Source: Planctomycetaceae bacterium UBA7805 (GTDB lineage Bacteria > Planctomycetota > Planctomycetia > Pirellulales > UBA7805). Taken from it: DNA of 64,000 nucleotides. The stretch covers positions 10,569 to 74,568 of the forward strand of contig DLCF01000054.1 of NCBI GenBank assembly GCA_002480485.1, read 5' to 3'. Both the position numbers and the translations under genes were made by a program. The notes under the pieces are model-generated. The model saw only the letters and a list, made by a program, of their open reading frames with translations. It was not told where the DNA came from and did not search any database. Within the stretch, counting starts at the first letter, position 1, and each line of letters opens with the position of its first letter. Shown piece after piece: positions 1 to 7,268 of this stretch.

Positions 1-71
1 GCTAAGAATGGGGTGTCGTTAATCGGCATTTTGCTTTTTTGTCGAGAATAACCGATAAAAAGACTAAAAAG

Positions 72-130
72 CTGCCCTTTTTTCAAGCGTTTGACGCATA
101 TAACGTTGCAGCACGGAACACATTTGGTCC
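72..130 (+). promoter_or_regulatory. Conserved upstream element, copy A (CTGCCC-N15-GACGCATATA...); candidate promoter/leader of the small paralog gene at 162
   Basis: Aligns at nucleotide level with 2925..2982, roughly three quarters identical by hand alignment, with identical CTGCCC-to-GACGCATATA spacing. The two copies sit in different reading frames relative to the downstream ATG, so the conservation is not coding. Confidence 0.4.
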
Positions 131-161
131 CGTCCAACCAACATGCGTAAGGGAGAGTAAA

Positions 162-563
162 ATGAGCATTACCGCTGACAATTCCTGGGATACCCGAGAC
201 GGTTTTTCGATGCCTCGCGACACGAGACCAATTTGTGTTGAAAACGAGTGCCAAGCTAGCATTCTGGGAGCCGAGCAGCATGGACCAGGGCTTCCGAAAG
301 GCAGTGGATCGAGTTCCGGGGAAAATGCCAGTGTTGGCGGGCTGGGCAGCGTTAATCGTGATGACGGTGGCGTTGCCAACGATACGGCTTCCTGGAATCG
401 TGTCATCGAAATGTGGTTGCAGTGGAGTTCGGCCTATGAACAGCTTTCAGGAAAGCTTTTCGAGGACGGTGAGAATGCTCAAAATCTGGAAGCGTTACTC
501 GATGAGGTAGACCAACTCCGATTAGAGGCGGTTGAATTGAGCGAGGGACTTCTAAAAAACTAA
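162..563 (+). CDS. Small hypothetical protein, paralog A of 3034..3432 (shared C-terminal ~55-aa helical domain)
   Basis: ORF track 39..563 starts at TTG. The first ATG is at 162, with GGGAGAG 5 nt upstream. C-terminal SWNRVIEMWLQWSSAYEQ...LRLEAVELSEGLL aligns with DWNEAIMLWLSWNSTYEK...LRKQAIELSQGLL of the 3034 ORF. Confidence 0.55.
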   Translation: MSITADNSWDTRDGFSMPRDTRPICVENECQASILGAEQHGPGLPKGSGSSSGENASVGGLGSVNRDDGGVANDTASWNRVIEMWLQWSSAYEQLSGKLFEDGENAQNLEALLDEVDQLRLEAVELSEGLLKN

Positions 564-692
564 GAATTTGTGGGATTCCGGTAACTAGTTTGGCCCGCAA
601 GGAACAAGCCCGCTTCCCGAATCTGATTCTTCTTACGGCTAAAATTTGTGTCCGGCTAAGATGTAAGTTGGCAATTAATAGGGTGAGGGTTC

Positions 693-1013
693 ATGAAAAT
701 CGCCGAAAAAATGGGGGCTCCGATGCAGCAAACAACTTGGCCCATATGTCGAGATCGTGAAACGGTAACTAGTCCGAGGGATAGGGACGGCATTCTCTCC
801 TCCGCGGAGGAACTTGCCGAGCAAATCAAGCGAAAAATTCGGCTTGTCACGCAGGGTCGTGTGCGGAATCTGGATGTCTGTCTCACTGGGACGCACGTGG
901 TCATTGAAGGATTCTGTTCGTCCTTCCACCCCTTTCAGCTAGCTCAACACGCGGCGATGGAGGCAACCGATGATCTAATGGTTGACAACCAAATCGACGT
1001 CGGGCTGAGTTAG
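693..1013 (+). CDS. BON-like domain protein
   Basis: ATG start with GGGTGAGGG upstream. C-terminal half (VRNLDVCLTGTHVVIEGFCSSFHPFQLAQHAAMEATDDLMVDNQIDV) follows the BON pattern: strand-strand, G-x-V/C-x-S, helix, then V-x-N-x-I-x-V. Confidence 0.45.
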   Translation: MKIAEKMGAPMQQTTWPICRDRETVTSPRDRDGILSSAEELAEQIKRKIRLVTQGRVRNLDVCLTGTHVVIEGFCSSFHPFQLAQHAAMEATDDLMVDNQIDVGLS

Positions 1014-1090
1014 GATCTTCCCGGTGAGGTAAATCCTTTTCCGATCTGGTCAGACGGCTTGCGGTGAAACCGTATCATCCGCTTTTCGAG

Positions 1091-2188
1091 TCACCGAAAT
1101 CGGATAGAGCGAATCACGTGGCGGATGTCGGTGTTCAACTCCTTTGCCGAAGCATAGCGATTCTCCGGATCCGTCTCGAGACAACGCATTAAGATCGCAG
1201 TCAGTTCCGGATCAAGATCCTCGCGGTGATGTTCTGGAGGAGTTATTTCTCCACTTTGCATCCTTTTGAGCAGTGCGTATCGCGAACCGGAAGTGTCGAT
1301 GGGTGATTGCCTGGTGAGTAATCGATACAGTATCAATCCCATACTGTAGATGTCGGTTGAGGTGCCGATTTTTTGCTGGTCTCCGACAGCTTGCTCCGGC
1401 GCCATGAACTCAAGGGTTCCGATGATGTCACCCTCCATGGTAATGCTCGCCTCTTTCATAACTCCCTCCATAGCTTTGGCTAAGCCAAAATCAAGCACAT
1501 AGGGATGACCCGTCGCGGAAACCAGAATGTTAGAGGGCTTCAAATCACGGTGAATGATCGAACGCTCATGTGCGTGTGCCAGCGCACTGCAAACGATGGA
1601 AAAGAGCCGCAAGATAGCCTCATCATGCAAGCCCCGATCACGAGCAAAAATATCAAGTCGTTTGCCTTGAATCAGCTGAAGTGTGTAGTAGTAAATGTCC
1701 CCATCTTTCCCCGATTTATAAATGGTGGCTATGTTTGGATGGTTGAGACTAGCGGCCAGTTTGATCTCTCGCTCAAATCGTGTGACCGCATCTTCGGAGG
1801 AAAAAGCGGTCAAGTTATGTACTTTAATTGCAACTTCCTCGTTGTCGACCAAGTCTGTGGCTCTCCAGACTTGGCTGACCCCCCCCTGACCGATCAGCTC
1901 TGTGAGATCGTAACCAGTGATTACCGGAGCAGTGACTTTTCTGCGTCCCGGTTCATCTTCTAAGTCCTTCAATCGCTCCTCGGCGCGTTGTGCGGTCACT
2001 GATCGTTTGGGATTGATTTCATCCTCCAAACCCGGCATGCGATCTTGGAGCAGAAGCGTCTGCACCTCCTTGATCAACTCCAAATCTTTCCCACACAAAG
2101 CGGCCAACTTTTTTTCTTGAATTTCAATATCCAAGTCACAGACTTGAAGAAACAGGTCCGTAATCTTTTGGTGTTTATCACGATTCAT
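1091..2188 (-). CDS. Soluble Ser/Thr protein kinase, translationally coupled to the upstream ECF sigma factor
   Basis: Hanks motifs are present: GQGGVSQVW, VAIKV, HRDLKPSNILV, DFGLAK, APE. There is no TM segment or sensor domain. A ~95-aa N-terminal helical region (ITDLFLQVCDLDIEIQEKKLAALCGKDLELIKEVQTLLLQ) precedes the catalytic domain. The ATG overlaps the sigma stop codon (ATGA, 2185..2188). Confidence 0.9.
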   Translation of the reverse strand: MNRDKHQKITDLFLQVCDLDIEIQEKKLAALCGKDLELIKEVQTLLLQDRMPGLEDEINPKRSVTAQRAEERLKDLEDEPGRRKVTAPVITGYDLTELIGQGGVSQVWRATDLVDNEEVAIKVHNLTAFSSEDAVTRFEREIKLAASLNHPNIATIYKSGKDGDIYYYTLQLIQGKRLDIFARDRGLHDEAILRLFSIVCSALAHAHERSIIHRDLKPSNILVSATGHPYVLDFGLAKAMEGVMKEASITMEGDIIGTLEFMAPEQAVGDQQKIGTSTDIYSMGLILYRLLTRQSPIDTSGSRYALLKRMQSGEITPPEHHREDLDPELTAILMRCLETDPENRYASAKELNTDIRHVIRSIRFR

Positions 2189-2769
2189 GTAGTCGTTGTC
2201 TCATCAAGATAACGTTTAAGCCAAGCCCGTGCCAAACGCCAATCGCCCTTCACCGTCCGAGGCGATACCCCGAGTGCAGCCGCTGTCTCGTCGATCGTCA
2301 TGCCGGAAAAATACCGCATCTCGACTATTTTTGCCTGCCGATCATTTAATTTGGCCAGGGCATTGAGTCCCTCATCGAGCGCGATGACATCCACGCGCTG
2401 ATTACTGTCAGCGGCAGGTATGTGATTGATCAGCAGGTCAACCCGGTGCCGGTCACCACCTCGTTTAACTCGGTTGCGATGTCGGGCGTGATCAACCAGC
2501 AGTCTTCGCATTGCGGTCGCGGCCAGCGCAAGAAAATGAGTTCGGTCCGTACAATTGATCTGAGCCTGATCCATCAATTTCAAAAAAGCCTCATGCACGA
2601 CATCGGTCGTCTGCCATTCGTGCCCCGGCAATTCGCCCCGCAGTTGTCGGGATGCCACGGCTTTGAGTTCAGCATAGAGGTGGTTGAGCAGAGCCTCGGC
2701 CGCTGAACCTTCTAACTTGCGACAGGCTTTGAGCAGTTGGATGGTTTGGCCTTGAAGTTCGTCGTTCAT
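2185..2769 (-). CDS. ECF-type RNA polymerase sigma factor (Sigma70_ECF / TIGR02999-like)
   Basis: Region 2 is DVVHEAFLKL and the region 4 HTH is MTIDETAAALGVSPRTVKGDWRLARAWL. The track start at 2829 has no SD, whereas ATG 2769 (MNDELQGQTIQLL...) has GGAG about 8 nt upstream. Confidence 0.85.
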   Translation of the reverse strand: MNDELQGQTIQLLKACRKLEGSAAEALLNHLYAELKAVASRQLRGELPGHEWQTTDVVHEAFLKLMDQAQINCTDRTHFLALAATAMRRLLVDHARHRNRVKRGGDRHRVDLLINHIPAADSNQRVDVIALDEGLNALAKLNDRQAKIVEMRYFSGMTIDETAAALGVSPRTVKGDWRLARAWLKRYLDETTTT

Positions 2770-2924
2770 CGAAGTGCTCCGTCGCGATTTACCGACGCCG
2801 CTTTTGCCGCTCAGGACCGCGACCTGCATGGCAGCAAGTTGAGAAAAAACAAAACTGGTAACACTTAGATATTAAGTAGTTACGACGATTTTATCATGTG
2901 GGACAAAAAAAATTATTAAATTTC

Positions 2925-2982
2925 CTGCCCATTTTCGCGCTTTTCGACGCATATACAGTTGAAGAGGACAGAATTTAGGGCC
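2925..2982 (+). promoter_or_regulatory. Conserved upstream element, copy B; candidate promoter/leader of paralog B, in the divergent region shared with the sigma-kinase operon
   Basis: CTGCCC at 2925..2930 and GACGCATATA at 2946..2955, the same 15-nt spacing as copy A (72..77 and 93..102). An in-frame stop (TGA at 3018) separates it from the ATG at 3034. Confidence 0.4.
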
Positions 2983-3033
2983 TTCTGGGCCCCGCGGAAT
3001 AAAGAAGACACCAAAAAGTGAAGGAGAAGCGAA

Positions 3034-3432
3034 ATGAAAGTTGCCTCCCGAAATCGAAACCAGCGTTCTCGTCATTCATCACGCGGTCGCAGTCGTCGGG
3101 CGGGCAATTCTCAACGGGTTTCTGGTATTCACAACCGACGCGATAAGCGATTCTTCTGTGACAAGCCCCGTCCCGCGATAGAGGACGCAATGGAAATGTC
3201 GGCCCAGACTGGCGAAAGCAGCCAGCAGGCCCCGGCACTCCAGGGCGACCGGCCGGACTGGAATGAGGCCATCATGCTCTGGCTCAGTTGGAACAGCACC
3301 TACGAGAAAGCCACAGCAAAGATGTATAAAGGCGGAAATAAAGAGAAGCTGCGGGCGATGGTCAGTGAGATGGAAAACCTGCGAAAGCAGGCCATTGAAT
3401 TGAGCCAAGGGCTGCTTGGGTGCACCAATTAG
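3034..3432 (+). CDS. Small hypothetical protein, paralog B of 162..563; Arg-rich N-terminus plus the conserved C-terminal domain
   Basis: ATG with strong SD GAAGGAG 8 nt upstream. An alternative internal start is at 3190 (MEMSAQ, AGAGGA upstream). The C-terminal 55 aa are about 40% identical to paralog A by hand alignment. Confidence 0.55.
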   Translation: MKVASRNRNQRSRHSSRGRSRRAGNSQRVSGIHNRRDKRFFCDKPRPAIEDAMEMSAQTGESSQQAPALQGDRPDWNEAIMLWLSWNSTYEKATAKMYKGGNKEKLRAMVSEMENLRKQAIELSQGLLGCTN

Positions 3433-3475
3433 CGATGAGCTAGGCAAACTCTCAGCCTCGCCCACAAGCCAAGGA

Positions 3476-3504
3476 CTGCCGATCGTGCTGATCGGCAGTT
3501 TTTT
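3476..3504 (+). terminator. Rho-independent terminator after paralog B
   Basis: CTGCCGATC (3476..3484), loop GTGCT, GATCGGCAG (3490..3498), followed by TTTTTT (3499..3504). It lies 44 nt after the stop codon. Confidence 0.6.
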
Positions 3505-3564
3505 ATTGGACAATGTGGGTGGGAAGAGGATGACCCCCGAGCCGACGGTCATTAATTGCCCATT

Positions 3565-5496
3565 CTATATTTCGCCCGCTCCATCCCATCGCACGAACCC
3601 CTCAATCGCCGCGTATTCAGCCAATCCGAGAGCGTCATACATGTGGGCAGTTTCAAGATTTCGCTGCTCAGCGCGTTGCCAAAATTCCCGTATATCAACG
3701 CCCGGAAAGAGAGCGCGATCTTTTTGCGACTCGTGTTTAAATATTGCATGTCGCTTCTGCCCCACTTCCTTGGGGCTCAATGGGACAGCCATTTCAATAT
3801 CGTCAGGACTCCACTCTTGCCAGGCTCCACGATATAGCCAGACCTGCGTGGTTTGATACCAAGACTCATCCTGTAAGCGTTTGCATGCGTTGAGGACCGC
3901 TTTCAAACAAGTGCGATGCGTCCCATGTGGATCAGAAAGGTCACCAGCAGCGTATATCTGATGTGGTTTGACCTGTTGAAGCAGGTCCATCGTCAACGCA
4001 ACGTCTTCTTCTGAGAGCGGCTTTTTCCGCACTCTGCCAGTTTCATAAAATGGGAGGTCCTGGAAATGTAAACGCTCATTGGGGATGCCACACGTCCGCC
4101 CCGCAGCACGGGCCTCCGTGCGTCGTATTAGGCCTTTGATACCCTGTATTTCCTGGCTATCGACTTGCCCTGGTTTTTTGTGCCGAAGAAATTCGTCGAC
4201 GTGTGCTTCAAGCGCGGCCGTTTTCTTAGGCGCAATTTCAAACAGGTGGTTAAATTCCGAAGCGTACTCTGCGAAGCGGATGGCATCTTCGTCGAACACT
4301 GCGATGTTTCCAGAAGTTTGGTAGGAAACGTGAACTTCATGCCCCTGTTCCACTAGGCGAATGAGGGTGCCCCCCATCGAGATGACGTCATCATCGGGAT
4401 GTGGCGAGAAGATTAAGATGCGTTTTGGAAAGATGTCGTCGTATTCTTGCGGACGATCACCCGGTTTTTTCTGTTCCGCCGGTTTCCCGCCGGGCCACCC
4501 CGTAATCGTGCCCTGAAGATGACGGAAGACAGCAAGATTGATGTCGTAGGCCATACCATGTTCGGCCAGAAGATCTTGAAGGCCCTCTTCGTTGTAGTCC
4601 TCTTCGGTCAATTTCAAGATCGGCTTATTCAATTTTTTTGCTAGCCAGATGGTTGCCTTCCGAATCTTTTTTTCATCCCATTGAACGGGGCCGATTCGCC
4701 ACGGTGACTGACATCGAGTGAGCTGCTCGGCGGCCGCATCATCGAGCATGAACGTCGCACTCGGATGCTGCTGTAAAAAACTCGCAGCCACACTCGGTGT
4801 GATTGGGCCTTCCGCAGCTTCAGCAATAATCGGTGCTTTGTGTTCTCCAAATGCAAGCAGGAATATTCGGCGAGCGTCTAAAATGGTGCCCACACCCATG
4901 GTGATCGCTTTCCGAGGGACATTCTCTTCACCAAAAAAATCACTCGCTGCGTCGCGTCGCGTGATTCGATCAAGCGTTATCAGCCGAGTGCGTGTTGTTT
5001 TTCCTGAACCCGGCTCATTGAATCCGATATGTCCGGTTCGCCCAATGCCAAGGATCTGTATGTCAATCCCGCCAGCGTCATCAATCGCTTTCTCATATTT
5101 TTGACACGCAGCATACACGTCGGTCTCTGCTAAGGTGCCGTCTGGAATGTGAATATTAGTCCGATCAATGTCGACGCGATCAAAAAGATGTTCGTTCATG
5201 AAACGAACATAGCTCTGAAGCTCGTTGGGTTGCATGGGGAAGTATTCATCGAGGTTGAAGGTTACGACGTTCGCAAGAGACAGCCCCTCCTCGTGGTGCA
5301 TGCGAACCAATTCGTTGTAGATCTCGACTGGCGTGCTTCCTGTCGCAAGGCCCAGGACGCACATTTTGCCCACCCTGGCTCGTTCGTCAATCAAGTCACG
5401 GATGGCTCTCGCCACCGCGGCACTTGCCTCGTCCGCGTGATCGAAAATTTCGCAGGGGATTTTTTCCAGGTTGTCATATTTTTTTGGGGTGCTCAC
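3565..5496 (-). CDS. nagB: Glucosamine-6-phosphate deaminase (NagB-like) fused to an LmbE/PIG-L-type N-acetylglucosaminyl deacetylase domain
   Basis: N-terminal half has LGLATGSTP, FNLDEY and GIGRTGHIGFNEPGS. C-terminal half has FSPHPDDDVISMGG. The track start at 5634 would overlap the upstream gene by 128 nt. GTG 5496 lies 10 nt after that gene's stop and keeps the N-terminus (STPKKYDNLEKIPCEIF). Confidence 0.8.
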   Translation of the reverse strand: MSTPKKYDNLEKIPCEIFDHADEASAAVARAIRDLIDERARVGKMCVLGLATGSTPVEIYNELVRMHHEEGLSLANVVTFNLDEYFPMQPNELQSYVRFMNEHLFDRVDIDRTNIHIPDGTLAETDVYAACQKYEKAIDDAGGIDIQILGIGRTGHIGFNEPGSGKTTRTRLITLDRITRRDAASDFFGEENVPRKAITMGVGTILDARRIFLLAFGEHKAPIIAEAAEGPITPSVAASFLQQHPSATFMLDDAAAEQLTRCQSPWRIGPVQWDEKKIRKATIWLAKKLNKPILKLTEEDYNEEGLQDLLAEHGMAYDINLAVFRHLQGTITGWPGGKPAEQKKPGDRPQEYDDIFPKRILIFSPHPDDDVISMGGTLIRLVEQGHEVHVSYQTSGNIAVFDEDAIRFAEYASEFNHLFEIAPKKTAALEAHVDEFLRHKKPGQVDSQEIQGIKGLIRRTEARAAGRTCGIPNERLHFQDLPFYETGRVRKKPLSEEDVALTMDLLQQVKPHQIYAAGDLSDPHGTHRTCLKAVLNACKRLQDESWYQTTQVWLYRGAWQEWSPDDIEMAVPLSPKEVGQKRHAIFKHESQKDRALFPGVDIREFWQRAEQRNLETAHMYDALGLAEYAAIEGFVRWDGAGEI

Positions 5497-5506
5497 TCTA
5501 ATCTCT

Positions 5507-6184
5507 CTACTCCTTACCGCTCTGCGTTGGTCTGAGTGTGTGAATTCGAATGTTTCGAAAAGCCACGCGGTCTCCATGGCCCAAAAAGCCGAGATGCCCC
5601 GTTGTATTTTTGAGTCCCGGATGGGGTTTTTCATCGACAGTATGTCCGCTTTCCAACACCTGATCCAAATCTGTATTAAGAATCGAGTGCCCGTTAAGAA
5701 TCACTTCAATGTGCGTTCCATCGCAACGGACCTCTTGGGTGTTCCATTCTCCTACCGGTTTCAGGAAGCCACGTTTGGCCGGGACAACTCCATAGATAGA
5801 TCCGTGTGTTTGATAGGGTTTCAGATTGGGCCAACGGTCAGAGCTATTGTCCAGGATTTGTAATTCAATCGCGTTGTAGGCGGCATCGCCTTTTAAAGGG
5901 GCGCGAATCGCTAAGCCATTGTTTGCCCCCGGAGTCAGCCTGAATTCAAATTTGAAAATAAAGTTGTCAAATTTTTTTTCGGTCAACAGCTTACCGCCTC
6001 GGCCTTTTGGCAAGACGATGCATCCGTTCTCTACGAGATACTGGTCGGTGGCCCCAATCCAGCCGTCAAGATCTTTTCCGTTGAAAAGGGGTGTGAAGTC
6101 CTCCTCGTCTGCACGGACATGCGTGTAACCGAAAGCCAAGACGAACATGGTAATTAGCGGCAGATGTAAATATCGTTTTGACAT
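5507..6184 (-). CDS. Secreted DUF1080 (3-keto-disaccharide hydrolase-like, PF06439-type) protein
   Basis: Signal peptide MSKRYLHLPLITMFVLAFG. Also FTPLFNGKDLDGW near the N-terminus and GHLGFLGHGDRVAFRNIRI at the C-terminus. Confidence 0.8.
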   Translation of the reverse strand: MSKRYLHLPLITMFVLAFGYTHVRADEEDFTPLFNGKDLDGWIGATDQYLVENGCIVLPKGRGGKLLTEKKFDNFIFKFEFRLTPGANNGLAIRAPLKGDAAYNAIELQILDNSSDRWPNLKPYQTHGSIYGVVPAKRGFLKPVGEWNTQEVRCDGTHIEVILNGHSILNTDLDQVLESGHTVDEKPHPGLKNTTGHLGFLGHGDRVAFRNIRIHTLRPTQSGKE

Positions 6185-6206
6185 ATTTTTTCAATACCAA
6201 GAATTT

Positions 6207-7253
6207 CTATTTCAGCGATACCATTTTGCCTTGCCGCAGGCTCTTGGTTTGCGCCTGACAAATGGCGATTGCATCGCGAGCCAGATCAGCTCCAAGCACG
6301 TTATTTTTTTTGCCGGTGCTAACCGCCTGCACGACCGCCTTTAATTCAGCGTGAAAGGCATTCATCATCGGATCACCCTCTGGCATCTTAGCCGTCTTTG
6401 CCTTTCCCCGATCATCGAGGATCGTTGGGGGGCAAAGATATTTTGCTTGATCACCGATCACGGTAAATTGGAACAGAAGGGTTGCCTTCTCCAAGTGAAT
6501 CTCGAATCCGTGATCGAATGATCGACCTTGTTGGTTAATCGTTCCACTGGTTGCCGTCACGGCGAAATTCCGCTTGAACCGGAACTGAGTAGTCCAGTAT
6601 TCGGCAAGTTTGCCCCGCGTTCTACCCGTGGTGGAAACCGCAGTTGGCATGTCAAAGAGCAGTCGGATAAAGTGCGCGTCGTGGATATGCAGATCAAGCA
6701 TCGGCCCACCGATTACGTCGGCATTCCAGTAGTGGCGGAGCCAGGCCGGGTCGGAGATGACGCGGCGAAAGCTTCCGCCAAGCAGTTTGCCGTAGCGACC
6801 TGTGTCGATCACCTTGCGGGCCCACGCGTATTCCGGTAACAGTGGCAGCACATGGCCGACCATCAGTTGTCGGTTTGCCTTTTGTGCCGCAGCGACCATC
6901 CGGCGACAATCGGTCAGCTTCAGCGCCATCGGTTTTTCGCAGAACACATGCTTGCCTTTTCGCAATGCCTTGCACACGATGTCCGCATGCATTGCCGGGG
7001 GCAGTGTGACGTCGACCATATCAATCTTTGGATCGTCGAGCATCGCGTCCAGATTGTCGTAGGTGGCAATTCCCGAGAGATCCATTCGGGTGCCGGTTGG
7101 ACCGAAGTTGCCCTTGATGTCGCGCCAGTCGCCGGTGAGCCGCTTCCGCGTCTGCTCACAAATCGCAGCCACCTTGACCCCTCTTACTTTCTGGTAAGAG
7201 AGATAGTGGATCATTCCCATGAAGCCAAGCCCGGCAATACCTACGCGAAGCAT
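6207..7253 (-). CDS. Gfo/Idh/MocA family NAD(P)-dependent oxidoreductase
   Basis: Rossmann start MLRVGIAGLGFMGMIH and the family EKP motif (FCEKPMAL). Confidence 0.85.
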   Translation of the reverse strand: MLRVGIAGLGFMGMIHYLSYQKVRGVKVAAICEQTRKRLTGDWRDIKGNFGPTGTRMDLSGIATYDNLDAMLDDPKIDMVDVTLPPAMHADIVCKALRKGKHVFCEKPMALKLTDCRRMVAAAQKANRQLMVGHVLPLLPEYAWARKVIDTGRYGKLLGGSFRRVISDPAWLRHYWNADVIGGPMLDLHIHDAHFIRLLFDMPTAVSTTGRTRGKLAEYWTTQFRFKRNFAVTATSGTINQQGRSFDHGFEIHLEKATLLFQFTVIGDQAKYLCPPTILDDRGKAKTAKMPEGDPMMNAFHAELKAVVQAVSTGKKNNVLGADLARDAIAICQAQTKSLRQGKMVSLK

Positions 7254-7268
7254 AGCAATTTCTCTTAA

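Noticed and set aside
39-161. N-terminal extension of the first ORF (track start TTG at 39), which would make the conserved upstream element coding
   Set aside because: The homologous element upstream of paralog B is in a different frame and is followed by an in-frame TGA. Position 39 is a TTG with no SD, whereas ATG 162 has GGGAGAG upstream. I treat it as non-coding.
5497-5634. Long form of the NagB-LmbE ORF overlapping the DUF1080 gene by 128 nt
   Set aside because: Such a long same-strand overlap is unlikely. The extra residues (MKNPIRDSKIQRGISAFWAMETAWLFETFEF...) have no NagB counterpart, and a GTG start sits 10 nt after the neighbour's stop.
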